A DNA stretch of 63,189 bases, counting the filler, from Saprolegnia diclina VS20 (taxonomy: Eukaryota): NCBI RefSeq assembly GCF_000281045.1. It is 9 parts of 2 records of this genome, joined end to end, with 100 filler letters (N's around TTAATTAATTAA, not from the genome) between each part and the next. Parts side by side here need not be neighbours in the genome. Positions count along the whole stretch, not along the records: positions 1 to 6,849 come from NW_008246068.1; positions 6,950 to 15,184 come from NW_008246068.1; 7 more parts are not named here. One strand, 5' to 3'. A program made the translations under genes and the position numbers. Shown here in pieces: positions 1 through 11,996 of this stretch. The notes beneath the pieces are model-generated. The model saw only the letters and a program-made list of their open reading frames with translations. It did not search any database and had not been told where the DNA came from. Numbering within the stretch: position 1 is the first letter of the stretch; each line of letters starts with the position of its first letter.

Positions 1-29
1 AAACAAACGGGGGAAAGCCGCCATAGTGG

Positions 30-1061
30 TCAAAAATGGTCGCGAGCATGGTCGTCGTCTGGAGCATTGCGCTCACTCGAGTTCGCCCGAGGTCGGGGAC
101 GTCGGCTGTCGTCAGCGTGCCCGCGTCGCTCGTTTGATACGTCGACCTGATCAGCTTGGTCGGACGCTCTACGCAGCCTCACCGTCAGCAAAAAAAGGAA
201 TGACGACAGAGCTCCACCTCGTTCTGCCGTGTCGTCGACGCCGCGCGGACGTACCACACCAGCAATGGGCCGCCGCAGTGCCCGCGTGTCTTCTCTTTTC
301 CGCCGTTGAAAGGTCGCATGCGCAACGTCGAGGATATGAGTGACCGAGACCTCGCACTGCGTCCCGTCGAGAAAAATGCACGGAAAAAGCATGTCGCTTG
401 CCGGTGGCGATGACAAATGCGCGCTCAAGAGATCGAGAGCCGCACAGTCGAGCGCTGCGTGGCGGCCATGGACAAGAAAGTAGTCCACGATCGTCGCCGT
501 GTCCGTCTGCACCGTTGCCACAGAGTGCGACGCCAGTGGCAGCGCGGCAAAGGGCCGCAAGGCGTAGCCCGTGAGCGTCAGCACAATCAATGTCGGATCG
601 CTCAAGGGAATGATGACCGCGCCCGTGTCTGTCTTGATGACGAGCTCGTCGCCCGTGGTCTCTCGCCACTGGCTGCCCGTGACAACGCCATAGTTCCAGG
701 TACCGGCTAGCGCAAAGCAGACGTACGACCTGACGTACGTCGCGGCGCCTGCATCGGCTTCGCGCTTGGACACGATGTGCTCGCGGAAGCGCGAGATGAA
801 CGGACCTTGTTGGATGCTTGCGGAAAGGAGATTCGGCTGAGCGTGCATCGACGCCACCGTGCGGCCCGATGGAATCGGTCGGACGTGCCAGCCCAGAGCA
901 ATGTGCTCGCACTCAACGTAGACCCAATGCTCAGTGTCAAAGACGTCCGGCGGGACCAGCGCATAGAAGGTCGTGTCGGTTGGAGCACTCCAGAGAAGCC
1001 CGGGAATTTGCCCATGACCACGCGCTTTTGCAAATAAACAAACTGCCGCAACGGTGACCAA
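30..1061 (-). CDS. Hypothetical protein, possibly transposon-associated or partial
   Basis: 343-aa uninterrupted ORF with coding-like composition; no family recognised; true start and end uncertain at the window edge. Confidence 0.35.
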   Translation of the reverse strand: MVTVAAVCLFAKARGHGQIPGLLWSAPTDTTFYALVPPDVFDTEHWVYVECEHIALGWHVRPIPSGRTVASMHAQPNLLSASIQQGPFISRFREHIVSKREADAGAATYVRSYVCFALAGTWNYGVVTGSQWRETTGDELVIKTDTGAVIIPLSDPTLIVLTLTGYALRPFAALPLASHSVATVQTDTATIVDYFLVHGRHAALDCAALDLLSAHLSSPPASDMLFPCIFLDGTQCEVSVTHILDVAHATFQRRKREDTRALRRPIAGVVRPRGVDDTAERGGALSSFLFLLTVRLRRASDQADQVDVSNERRGHADDSRRPRPRANSSERNAPDDDHARDHF

Positions 1062-2225
1062 AGTGAAGTACTGTGATTGGTTGAAACGTATTCTAAATCA
1101 GAATATGTTTCAACCAAGCATGGACAGATCGCTGGCACTCCGAAATTCTGAATACCAGCGACCTGTCCAAACCAAATATCCAAGCATCCAATGAGAGGAC
1201 TGCAGTCACCAACAGGAGTTAGCTGACCGAGTGCTTTCCCGATACCTCGCTGGCGCCGACGACAGTGCATTTTTTCGATTTGATGGTCGCGGCACCGACG
1301 TACCACAAGTGGTTTCAGCGAGCGATGACGCGTGCGGGTCTCCTCTTTGCCGCGACGGAGAATGATGAGACGCTCGACGCCCTGCGACTTTATTGGCTCG
1401 TCTCAGTCATCTACCTCACGTTGGCAAGCAACTACCGCGTTCGAGCATGGATCTGCGACGACTGCTTCGACACCCGGGGTCGCTCGCACGCTGGACGAAG
1501 AACGAGACCAACGTCTTCGCAACGCGTGCGGCCACCCACATTCAACATAAGCTTACTAGTATTGTGCGGGCTTGTGCCGAGTACTAGTAATCAAATGCGA
1601 GGAGATAGAGCATCCAACGTGTCTTGGCGTCAATCATCACTAGCGCATCGATGATATAATATATCATCGATATAACCTAAGCGAGGTGGTAACGTTGCGT
1701 CATTGAGTTGAATGCTTGGCGTCAAGCTGGTTTTCACTCTAGCGTTTTGCTTCAACCGGATCCGGATAAGACACAATCTGCTTGGAGGTTCTGCAGTGGA
1801 GGCACGATTAATATTCTGCAAGCAAATGCAAAATGAAGGCCGCCTACTAGTGTGACGCAGAGGCACGTGTTGTTATCAAGCTGGAACGGCGATGCCGAGC
1901 CTTTAGTTGCTTGGCCCCGCGTCAGTCCGACCACTTCTACCTAGTAGTCAAGTACGTCGTACATTGCACAGCACAATTCGAGAAAGGACGGTCGCAATGG
2001 ATCGCTTTCAACAAATTATCGATGCATTTCAGCCTCGGTTCCAAGACATGTGGGTGCTACGCTCGAGCGACTCGAAGAATGCGCTTGAGACATCGCAAAA
2101 ATACCACCGATACCCAAACTAATACCATCGCTGGAATAAAGCAGGCGAGGAAGCCTGTGGTCCGCCCCGGCACCTGCGAGTGGTATTACCTTGAGCGCAT
2201 AATGGACATGGTCTCATTTGCCGAG

Positions 2226-4174
2226 ATGCTCCGTCGCCATCATCTCGTTGTGGCGCTCTCCACCGCCGCCGCCGCCAGCGAATGGCACAGCTGCCCGCTC
2301 TTCTCGCACGTTGGCAATGGCATCGACTCGATGGTCCAGTTTCCGACCCTAAGCAACCTCACCGCCGAGTGCCTACACCTCCAAGTCCCCGTGTGCTACC
2401 CCGGCGTCTGCACCAGCGACAACAAGACGCTGAGTGTCTTTCTCAAGCGCCTTCCGGCGACGCGCCCAACGACGCCGGGCAAAGCCGTATGGCTGATGCA
2501 AGGCGGTCCTGGAGCACCGTCCGACGCCAGTACGTCCACATCAACTCCTTTGTGTGGCGGGTTTACGTATGAATGATTGTGTAGTGGAATTGTCCATGTT
2601 CCAAGTGTTTAAGGCTGCCAAAGGCACGATGAGCCTCTACACGATGGACCACCGCGGCGTCGGGCGCAGCTCGCGGCTCGACGCCAACTGCCCCGAGCTG
2701 AACGGCGAGAGCGACATGGGCGACAAGGAAGCTGCTACTGCCTATTCCAACTGCTTCCAAAAGCTCAAGGATCTCTACGGTAGTCGTGTCCTTCAAAGAT
2801 ATGGGTATCATCAACGCCTTCTAGGTGCCGATGCGCCCAAGGGTTTCTCGGTCACCAGCGCAGCGACAGACCTCGCGTCCATCATCGAGAGTCCGATGCT
2901 CGCCAAGGACGATGTCTACGTCTACGGCGTGAGCTACGGCACGTACTTGGTCGAGCGTTTGATGCACCTCGCGCCCAACAACGTCAAGGGTTACATTCTC
3001 GACAGCATGCTCGCCGAGAGCCCGGTCAGCGTGTACAGCGACTGGGACCGTGACGTGGCCAAAGTTGGTACGACGGCGATAAGTGAGGTGTAGGGTTATG
3101 ATCTATTTTTGTTTAGAAACAACCTACTACGGCCTCTGCGACCGCGACGCTAAGTGCTCGTCGAAGATCGGTCCCAACTCGAAGCAATTCGCGTTCGATT
3201 TGTACAAGAAGCTCGATGCGAACGACACGGCGTGCGCCCAAGCGATCTACGCAGAGAAGGGTCTTCCGTCGGACTTTCTTGGGAGTACGTTTTCCGACAT
3301 GTTGACCAACTACAAGCAGCGCAACTTGATTCCTGCGATCCTATATCGTCTTGCCAAGTGTGTTGCGGACGTCAAGAGCGAAGCAGCGTTCCTCGCCGGT
3401 CTTCTTGGCCTTGCCTCGGAGGCCGCCGGCACCGAAGGGCGCAACGACGTTGTGCCTGGCGACATGGAGACCGGTGAGTCGGTCAGCGACGACCTTCTCT
3501 ACCACAACATTGTCTTCAACGAGATTTGGGGGCTACCGTCGCCGTCGTTTAAGCGCCTCCGTGACGACGCTGCCAAGATTACGTGGCGCAGCTCGTCGAG
3601 CGACGACACCAAAGACAACCTCTTGACGTTTTGCGCATTCCGCGGCCACTTGGACCCGGTCTGCGAGAAGCTTGGCGTCAAGAAGCAACAGCAAACGTTT
3701 GCGTACTCCCACGACCAGTACTGGAACAAAGCGGCGGCGATCCCGGCCGGTGCGAGTGCCCTCCTTCTCTCGGGGGCGATCGACATTCAGACGATTCCCA
3801 AGTACGCCGTGTCCGAGTATGCGTCGATGGTCGGCGACAAGAAGCTTCTTTTGCAGTTTCCGTTTGGCGGCCATAGCATCATCTCGACAACCCCCACCGA
3901 TGCCAAGGTACCCTGCTACTCAACGTTTTACGTGGCAATAACATCATATTCGAACTAGCGTCCCGGGAAAAACTGCGGCATGGACATCCTCAACATGTAC
4001 CTTCAGTCGGGCGGCAACCTCAAGGCCATCAAGACCGACTGCATGAAAGATGTCCTGCCCCTTGACTTTACGCTTATTCGCGACAAGGACAAGGCATTGG
4101 AGCTCTTTGGCACCACGACCGACCTCTTTGGCGATGAAGAACAACGCCACCTCCGCCATAACATCATCCCGTAA
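2226..4174 (+). CDS. Secreted alpha/beta-hydrolase, serine peptidase family S33-like (copy 1, 5 exons)
   Basis: Signal-like N-terminus (MLRRHHLVVALSTAAAASEW), QGGPG oxyanion motif, DHRGVGRS, nucleophile GVSYG, SGAID acid, GGH His. Short GT-AG introns at about 2530-2584, 2780-2824, 3068-3116 and 3908-3958. Confidence 0.88.
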
Positions 4175-4653
4175 GATGGTGCTCCGCACTCCAGGCCAAG
4201 ACAACGGTATGTACTTTGCAGTGCCTTTAAGTGCTAGGCGTAGCGACCAGCTAAGGATGTGTGCATATCAAAGGGTTTTGCCCGCCAGCGTGAAATGTTT
4301 GACACTTCCCATATGCTGCATCGATATATATATATAACGTTATTGTACAATTGGGAAATGACAAAATGGGTATTGGAATATTCGTCGAAACTGAATCCCA
4401 TATGTCAAATCTGGTGCACCCAGATTCTTATATCGTCCCCAAATTCGACCTTTGGCCTCCAGGTCCGACGAACATTTCAAAATTACACCCAGTTTCGTCA
4501 TTTCGCCTATACATGCACAATTCGCGCACCATCGCCACCAGCGACCAACCAAAACCCCACACGACAACACACAATAGCAATGTTTAGTTCATGTGGAAAA
4601 CCATGTCCTAGTAGTAGGGTCGGAGAAATCCTCCACTGCTTTTCAGTTGCGCA

Positions 4654-6826
4654 TTAAACGATCGCCACCTCGCTCGTAATGGTCACTTCCTTGGCTGCAT
4701 CGACAACGCCTTCAGGCTCGACGACCGAGGCCGGTGCCGTCTTCAGGTCTCGCTTGACCTTCTTGACGTACAGCGCCATACCCAATACGGCAAAGACGCA
4801 GGCAATCATGCCCCCGGAAAGCGCCATCATCTCCATCTTGTGCTTGGCGTCGACGTCATCTGCCTCCTGCGAGTCGACTTGGCTCTTGACAGCCGCCTTG
4901 ATAGCATCTCCAAACATATCGGTCGTGTTGCCAAAGAGCTGCTTGCTCTTCTTGCGGTCCAAAATTGTCGTAAAGTCCAGCGGAAGGACGTTCGCCATGC
5001 AGCGTGTGTCAATGGCGCTGAGGTTGCCGTCCGACTGGAGGTACATGTTGAGGATGTCAATGCCGCACGTCTCGCCGAGGCTCTAAGCGCTATGAGCAAA
5101 CGAAAAAGAAAGCATTGAAATACCGTGACGTTGGTCGGCGTCGTTGCGGTGATGCCGTGGCCGCCAGTCGGAAACAGCAAGGACAACTTGTTGGAGCCAG
5201 CCATCGAGTTGAACTCGGCGACAGCGTAGTCGGGCTTTGTCTGGATGTCCAGGCCACCAGTGAGCATGAGAACACTGGCCCCCGCTGGAACCGCCGCCGT
5301 CTTGTTCCAGTACATATCGCGGTCGTAGGCGAACGCTTGTTTTTGCTTTGTCCAGCCATTGTCTTCACAAACCGGATCGTCCATGTTGCGGACCAAGCAG
5401 AGCCACATGAGTTTGTATGTTGTAGCGAACGCCGTCGTACTCCAAGAAATCTTGTTGGCGTCGACTTCGAGGCGGTCATACGACGGCGACGGCAGCTCCC
5501 AGAGCTCGTTCATCGCAATGTTGAAGTAGAGAAGCGTGTCCATGGCCGCATTCCCCGTGACCTTGTCGCCAGGCACAACGTCCGTCTCGTTGGCCTCGTA
5601 CTCTTCATCACTGTCCTCAATGGGCAGTCCCAGAAGCCCCTTGAGGAAGCGCGTTTCACTCTTGACGTCGACGACGCATTTGGCGAGGCGGTAGAGCACC
5701 GACGGAATCATGTTGCGCTGCCAGTAGCTGATGACCATCTCGCGCAAGGCCGACCCAACAAAGTCCGACGGCAGACCTTTCGCTGCGTAGATCGCCTGGG
5801 CACACGCCGTATCGTTCGCATCGAGCTTCGCAAACAAGTCGAACGCAAATTGCTGCGAGTTGGGACCAATCTTGGACCCGCAAATCGGGTCCTTGTCGCA
5901 AAAACCATAGTAGGTTTTCTCTACACCCAAAATAGGTTGGAACCCTAGCCCTCTCCTGTCAAAACACAGGACGTACCCACATTGGCCACGTCACGGTCCC
6001 AGGCGCTAAACATACTCACGGGGCTCTCGCTGACAATGCCGTCGAGAATGTAGCCCTTGACGTTCTTGGGGGCCAAATGCATGAGCCGCTCGGCCAAGTA
6101 CGTGCCGTAGCTCGCGCCGTAGACAAAGACGTCGTCCGCAGCGAGGAGCGGACTCTCGATGAGAGCCGCAAGGTCGGTCCCCGCGCTCGTGACCGAGAAG
6201 CCCTTGGGCGCCTCGTGGCCTAGTAGACAGAGTGAGATCTCGTCTAGACTTGCAGTGTATACCATAGGTGTCTTTGAGCTTCTGAAAGCAGTTGGAAATG
6301 ACAGCACTGTCGCCGTCCTTGCCATCCAAGACTCGGATCTCGGGGCAAGACGCACTCAAGGCGGAGCTGCGGCCGACGCCGCGGTGGTCCATCGTGTAGA
6401 GACTCATCGAGCCGTTGGCCGTGGTGTAGACGCTGGCCATGTACCCTTCCACTAGTTGATTTGTCATCATGAGAGATCACTCGGATGGAATCAAAGCAGC
6501 GTACTGCCTTGCGACGGGCTCCCCGGGCCGCCCTGCAGTAACCACACGGCCTTGCCAGGCGTCGTCGGGCGCGTCGCCGGAATGCGCTTGAGAAAGATGC
6601 TGATCGTCTTCTTGCTCGTGCAGACGCCCGGGTAGCACAAGGGTACTTGGAGGTTGAGGCACTCGACTGCAAGGTCGGCGTAGGGCGGCGGGGAAAAGTA
6701 GGCGGTGTAGTGGGTCGCATTGCCGACCGACGAAAAGAGCGGGCACGCATGCCACTCGTTTGTCGACGTGGATCCGGCGGTTAGCGCCGCCATCGAGGCG
6801 GCGAGGACGACACTTGAACGAAGCAT
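4654..6826 (-). CDS. S33-like alpha/beta-hydrolase (copy 2) with C-terminal transmembrane helix
   Basis: Signal peptide MLRSSVVLAASMAALTAG, QGGPG, DHRGVGRS, GASYG, TGGLD and GGH; same exon layout as copy 1; ends with MMALSGGMIACVFAVLGMALYV followed by KKVKR. Confidence 0.88.
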
Positions 6827-6849
6827 TTTGAAAAGTGAACAGCAATCCT

Positions 6850-6949
6850 NNNNNNNNNNNNNNNNNNNNNNNNNNNNNNNNNNNNNNNNNNNNTTAATTA
6901 ATTAANNNNNNNNNNNNNNNNNNNNNNNNNNNNNNNNNNNNNNNNNNNN
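6850..6949. other. Artificial scaffold spacer (N44-TTAATTAATTAA-N44); repeated at about 15229, 28326, 44337, 46801, 48938, 54260 and 61748
   Basis: Identical 12-mer with stops in all six frames, embedded in N runs; not biological. Confidence 0.97.
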
Positions 6950-8406
6950 AAACGGGGTCGATGACGCCGCTGATGAGGCACATCCACATGACCTTCTGCC
7001 GCATCGACTGCATTGAGGACGCACGCCACGTGATCTTTTCAATGGCGTAAGCGGTCGAGCGACGGCATTGGCGCCCCCGAGACCCAGAGCTCGTTCATGA
7101 CAATGGTGTTGTAGAGAAGCGTGTCGGTTGCCGCCTTCCACGAGTCCTTGTCGCCCGGCAGAACGTCTGCGCTGGCCGTCTGGTCGTCGTCAGGCATCAG
7201 CGGCCGTTCCAGCAGCGCCGTCACAAAGTGCGTTTGGCTGTCGACATTTTGCACGCACTGCGAGAGGCGGTAGAGGATTGCGGGAATCATGTTGCGCTGA
7301 CGATACGTGTGCATCATGTCGGAAAAGAGCCGTCCAACAAAGTCCGACGGCAGACCCTTCGCCGCGTAGATCTTTTGGGCGCACGCCGTGTCGTTCGCAT
7401 CGAGCTTCTTGTAGAGATCGAGAGCAAACTGCTTCGAGTTGGGACCAATCTTGGACGAGCATATCGGGTCTTGATCGCAGAGCCCATAGTACGTTTTCTC
7501 TATATCCAAAAATAGATCAAAACCCGACCCCTACACAACACATATGTATACACGTACCGATCTTTGCCACGTCGCGGTCCCAGTCGCTGAACTGACGAAC
7601 CGGGCTCTCGCTGATAATGCTGTCGAGGACGTAGCCCTTGACGTTTTTGGGCGCGAGGTGCATCAAACGCTCGACCAAGTACGTGCCGTAGCTCACGCCG
7701 TAGACAAAGACGTCGTCCGCAGCGAGCAGCGGACTCTGGATGATCGCTGCGAGGTCTGTCGCCGCGCTCGTGACGGAGAATACCTTGGGCGCCTCCGAGC
7801 CTATTGCATAGCATAACATTGAGCACAATTGATCTCGTTGATAAACCATACCATAGGTGTTCTTGAGCTTCTGGACGCAGTTGGCGAAGGCACCGGCGAT
7901 GTCGACGACGTCGGACATGCCTTGGAACTCGGGGCACGTGGCTATCAAGGGCGAGCTGCGTCCAGCGCCGCGGTAGTCCATTGTGTAGAGGCTCATGGTG
8001 CCGTTGGCGGCCTTGTAGACCCTGGCCATCTTCACTTCCACTACAACAAGTGGGGCATATGAGAAGGGACGCAGAGTGACGGTGACGTACTGCTAACGGC
8101 CGACATGCCAGGACCGCCTTGCATGAGCCACACAGCCTTGCCCGGCGTCGTTGGCCGAGTCGCCGGAATGCGCTTGAGAAAGACACTGAGCGTCTTGTTG
8201 CTCGTGCACACGTTCGGGTAGCACATGGGGACTTGGAGGTGGAGGCACTCGACGGAGAGCTCCTCGAAGACCGACAAAGGGTAGTCCGTGAAGTGGGTCG
8301 CATTCCCGATCGACGAGATGAGCGGGCACTTGTGCCACTCGTTGTCCGGGGTTGCGGTGGCGAGTGTCGCCAAGGAGGCGGCGAGGACGACAGCGGAACG
8401 AAGCAT
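6950..8406 (-). CDS. S33-like alpha/beta-hydrolase (copy 3); 3' end lost in gap, apparent frameshift near 7050
   Basis: Signal peptide MLRSAVVLAASLATLATA, QGGPG and GVSYG; homology to copies 1 and 2 continues in a shifted frame (AIEKITWR...IDPV) up to the gap. Confidence 0.8.
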
Positions 8407-9210
8407 TTCGAAAAGTGAGGTTTGGTCGTCGCAGAGTGTAGCCTACTAGTATACAGTTCATTTGCAGACGATGATGCGCTGTGCTGTGTTGTTCAGGATG
8501 TATCAAGGTGCTATTTCAAGCGGTATAGATGTGTAAGTACATGTCGGAGATTATACAGAGCCGTCACGACCCGGCACCAAGGCAACACATGGCAACTGTC
8601 TGTGTCGTTGACGCTACCTCACAACCCTTCGCAGTCGAACTATCTGCACGGGGCTCTTGACAGTCGCTTCGCCACGAAGCTAATAGTCCCGTCTGCAGAA
8701 ACGGTCATGATACAATATAGTTTCTTCACCAACTATCGCACGATAAGCCTTGCGGGTTCCACACCAGCAGCCAGTCTGGACTCAGACGCATCGTGAAATG
8801 CGTCGCATTTTGAATCTAGTGAAAATTTGCCTGCGTTCTCAAGTATCTCACTGACCAGGCTAGCATCGCGACGTCTTCTTGTCACAACCATCGGTCTTCG
8901 CATCGAATTTAACAGCAGCTACAGTAGTGAGCTGAACCTTGCTTCCACGGAGGCATACGACGCCATTTGGCTAAAGTCGGTGTCATGAATGTATATCGCA
9001 TTGACCCTAACCCGTTGGTTTCATAGTTGAGACGACGCTACTAAGTTATACTAGTACTCGGCAAGGTTGGTCGCTGGATCAGAGTTGCCTCCAAGCACGA
9101 GTGCGGATGACGTATAAGGGTGCATCGAGTCCAGTCTACGCATGTATGTGGTGTTTGTCGTCTTGTTAATATCTATTAGTAGTTGTAATCAATCTATCGT
9201 GTGCACAAAG

Positions 9211-11270
9211 TTACTCCGAGTCCTCATCGTCCTCGTCGTTCTCGTCATCCTCGGCGTCGTCATCGTCGTCGGCCGTCTCTTCGTCGTCGTTGTCGTCGTC
9301 GCCGGCGTCTTCATCGTCTTCACGGTACGTCACCAGCGGCGTCTCGTCAACCGCGATCGCGTTGGCGCGACCCGCAATCTGGCCAAGGACGAGGTTCAGG
9401 CGGCCGTTGAGCTTGTGCAGCTGCGGGAAGACCGTCAGGCGCGCATCAAGTGCCTAGTGTAGCATATGAGCATTTTCAAATGGAAAATACAAAAAATGAG
9501 AAACATACCTGGTAGAGGCCCGAGAGCTTGTCGACAACGTCCGGCACCGTCATGAGGTACGCCGTGTGGTTCAAAAGAAGGTACTTGATCCAGAGGCAGA
9601 GGGTGGCGCCACGCGTCGGGCGCTTCTCCAACTTCTCAACGAGCAACAGCACGAACGGGAACACCTTGGTCGGGCTCAGGCGGCGACACGTCTCGTCAAT
9701 GACCTTCAAGTCGTGGACGCGGAGGCAGTTTTCAAGCAGCACATTGTCCTTGGACTGCAGCGCCTGCTCCAGCACCGAGACAAGCGACGCCGACGACGCC
9801 TGCGCCTTGACGCGCGACGTGCTGCGGTACTGGTACGTCAAGACCGTGTCCGCGTCCTCGTCTTCGTTTTCGCTGTGCTCAAGCTCATCGGCCAGCGCCT
9901 GGACGCGTTCACCGAGCGTCGCTTCGTCTTCATCCTCGTCCTCGTCCTGCGCCACCGTCGCGTCCGTCGCAGTCGACGTCTTGGCCGAGCCGCGCTCAAG
10001 CAGCGACGGTACATGCGTCTTGGCTTCGGTCTCGTCCGCCGTCTTGGCCTTCTTGGACGGCTTCTCAAGGAGAAGACCCGTGTTGTCCAGCGCCTCGAGC
10101 GTAATGTCGCCACGGAAGGCGCCATCCGCATCCACAAGCGCGACCGTCTCGAAATGCGGCTTGATGGCGGCACCGCGGGCCACGATGACCGAGGCTTCGG
10201 TCGCCGACGTGAGCGACGCGACAAGGACCGCCGACGAGAGCACCTTGGCAACGGCCGCAATCGGCTTGGACGCGGCCGTCATGGTGTGCGTCCATACAAA
10301 GACTGCGCCGGCTTCGGTGGTCGCGACCACAATGGCCGTCGAGTTCTTGGCCTTCTTGGCGACAGTCACGCGACCGTGCACGTGCACCGGCGTCGAGTCG
10401 CAGGAGAAGTTGTACAGCGGGTCCTCCGAGTCGGACGTCGCGTCAAAGACGTTGACAAACCGCTCGGCCGACGACGAAAAGAGGTACCGACCGCAGGCCG
10501 AGAAAAAGAGCTGCGTGACGGCCGACGCGTGGCCAAAGGTGAGGCGCTTGCTCTTCTTGCCCGAGACAACGTCAAAGAGCTTGATCGAGCTCGCGCCGAC
10601 CGCAAGGACGTCGTCGTTGGCCGAGAGCGCGAGCTTGGTCGCGCCGTCCGAGCCGACCTTGATCTTGCGGAGCATCTTGGCGTCTTTGACGTTCCATTCA
10701 AACACGTTCTTCTCCGCCGCCGACGAAAAGAGCGACGTGCCCGTCGACGAAAACACAATATCGGTGACCGCCGAACCGTGGCCGTGGTCGTTCTATTGCA
10801 GGAGATTGGTGAGCCAACGCGATAAGTGCAATCAAGCAAGCCTACATTGTCACGCGCAAGGCGCGCGGCCACCTCGCCCTTCTCGAGGTTCCACACGATG
10901 ATGGCACCCGTGGTCGTACCGAGCGCAATGATGCCAAGGTCGCCCGCGGCGCTACGCTTGGCCTTCTTCCCAGCGGCCGCCTACAGTCAATCCATTTTGA
11001 GCATGGTGTATGGGGCGGAGGCAAAGGCATACCCACGGCGACGACTTGGACCACGCCAAGCACGTGTACTTGTAGCTCAAGTGATCGCGCTCCTTCAACT
11101 CGGAGCGAAGCGCGCCGGATGCCTGTAGCGATGGCATAAGTGCAAAGTCGGAAAGGACAGGCGCTGCGTACCGCATCCCAGAGCTTGACGCGGTTGTCAT
11201 CCGAGACGGTCACGAACGACGCCTGGCACGGGCTGAACGCGGTCAAGCGGTGCTTCTGCGTAGACGCCAT
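9211..11270 (-). CDS. UTP5: WD-repeat protein 43 / U3 snoRNP t-UTP subunit Utp5
   Basis: N-terminal WD40 repeats (VTVSDDNRVKLWD, HLSYKYTCLAW, IIVWNL). Utp12-type C-terminal domain (SLVSVLEQALQSKDNVLLENCL, WIKYLLLNHTAYLMTVP, LSGLYQ...LNGRL) and an acidic tail; several short introns. Confidence 0.9.
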
Positions 11271-11996
11271 CTTGATCGGCCGCAAAACTAAGATTTTGGA
11301 TCTGGTTGGTGGAGCACACCAAGTTGGGCCATTCATTGGACGCAAGCCCACCCAACCAACCACGACAGAGGAAATCCCGGAGAATACTGTGCGTCATACT
11401 ATTTTCGATTTCAAAAATAGTGTGATCCAGCGACACCCTTCAAAGGAACGAGTCGGCAGCAACTCGGGGTAGCCGACGGCGCGCCGCGTGGTCTCTCGAG
11501 GACACAGCAACTTGAACATTTGTGCTTTACCGAAACGAGCATTGGGGTGCCCTCGCTTCATCCAGCGTGTGGGAGATGGATTCGCATCCACTGTTTACAC
11601 CGTCGTCCATCCCGCAAAATACTGTAACATCAGACACATGAGCCTGACGCCCAAGCAAGGTCAAGCACGCAGCATGCGCTAGCGCATGCATAAGCGTCGT
11701 GCGGTTGTTCGTTGGGCGTGTTGCGGAGGGGTGCCGTCTCGACCTTTGCCACGCAAAGTTTGGCCTCCTTGACCCGCTGGATGCGCTGTTTCACCGTCGA
11801 CTTTTTCACCGTGGTTTTTAATCATCGGTAATTCCCACATCCATGTGAAAAACGTTGACGTGCGGGAAAGGCATTACTCACGGCGCTCCGTTCTGCCCAC
11901 GTTAAAGGTTATCCGGAGACGTTTATCCGGATCATTCCTGTTCAAACTTTTAAAACGCAGTTGGCGACGAGGGCAAGAGATCCGCGCGACTGCGGC

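Noticed and set aside
6894..6905. TTAATTAATTAA palindrome repeated eight times
   Set aside because: Always centred in N runs; an artificial six-frame-stop spacer.
9528..10901. Long + strand ORFs (457 and 419 aa)
   Set aside because: Antisense shadows of GC3-rich UTP5; the same applies to the many antisense ORFs over MCM4, the S33 genes and DENN.
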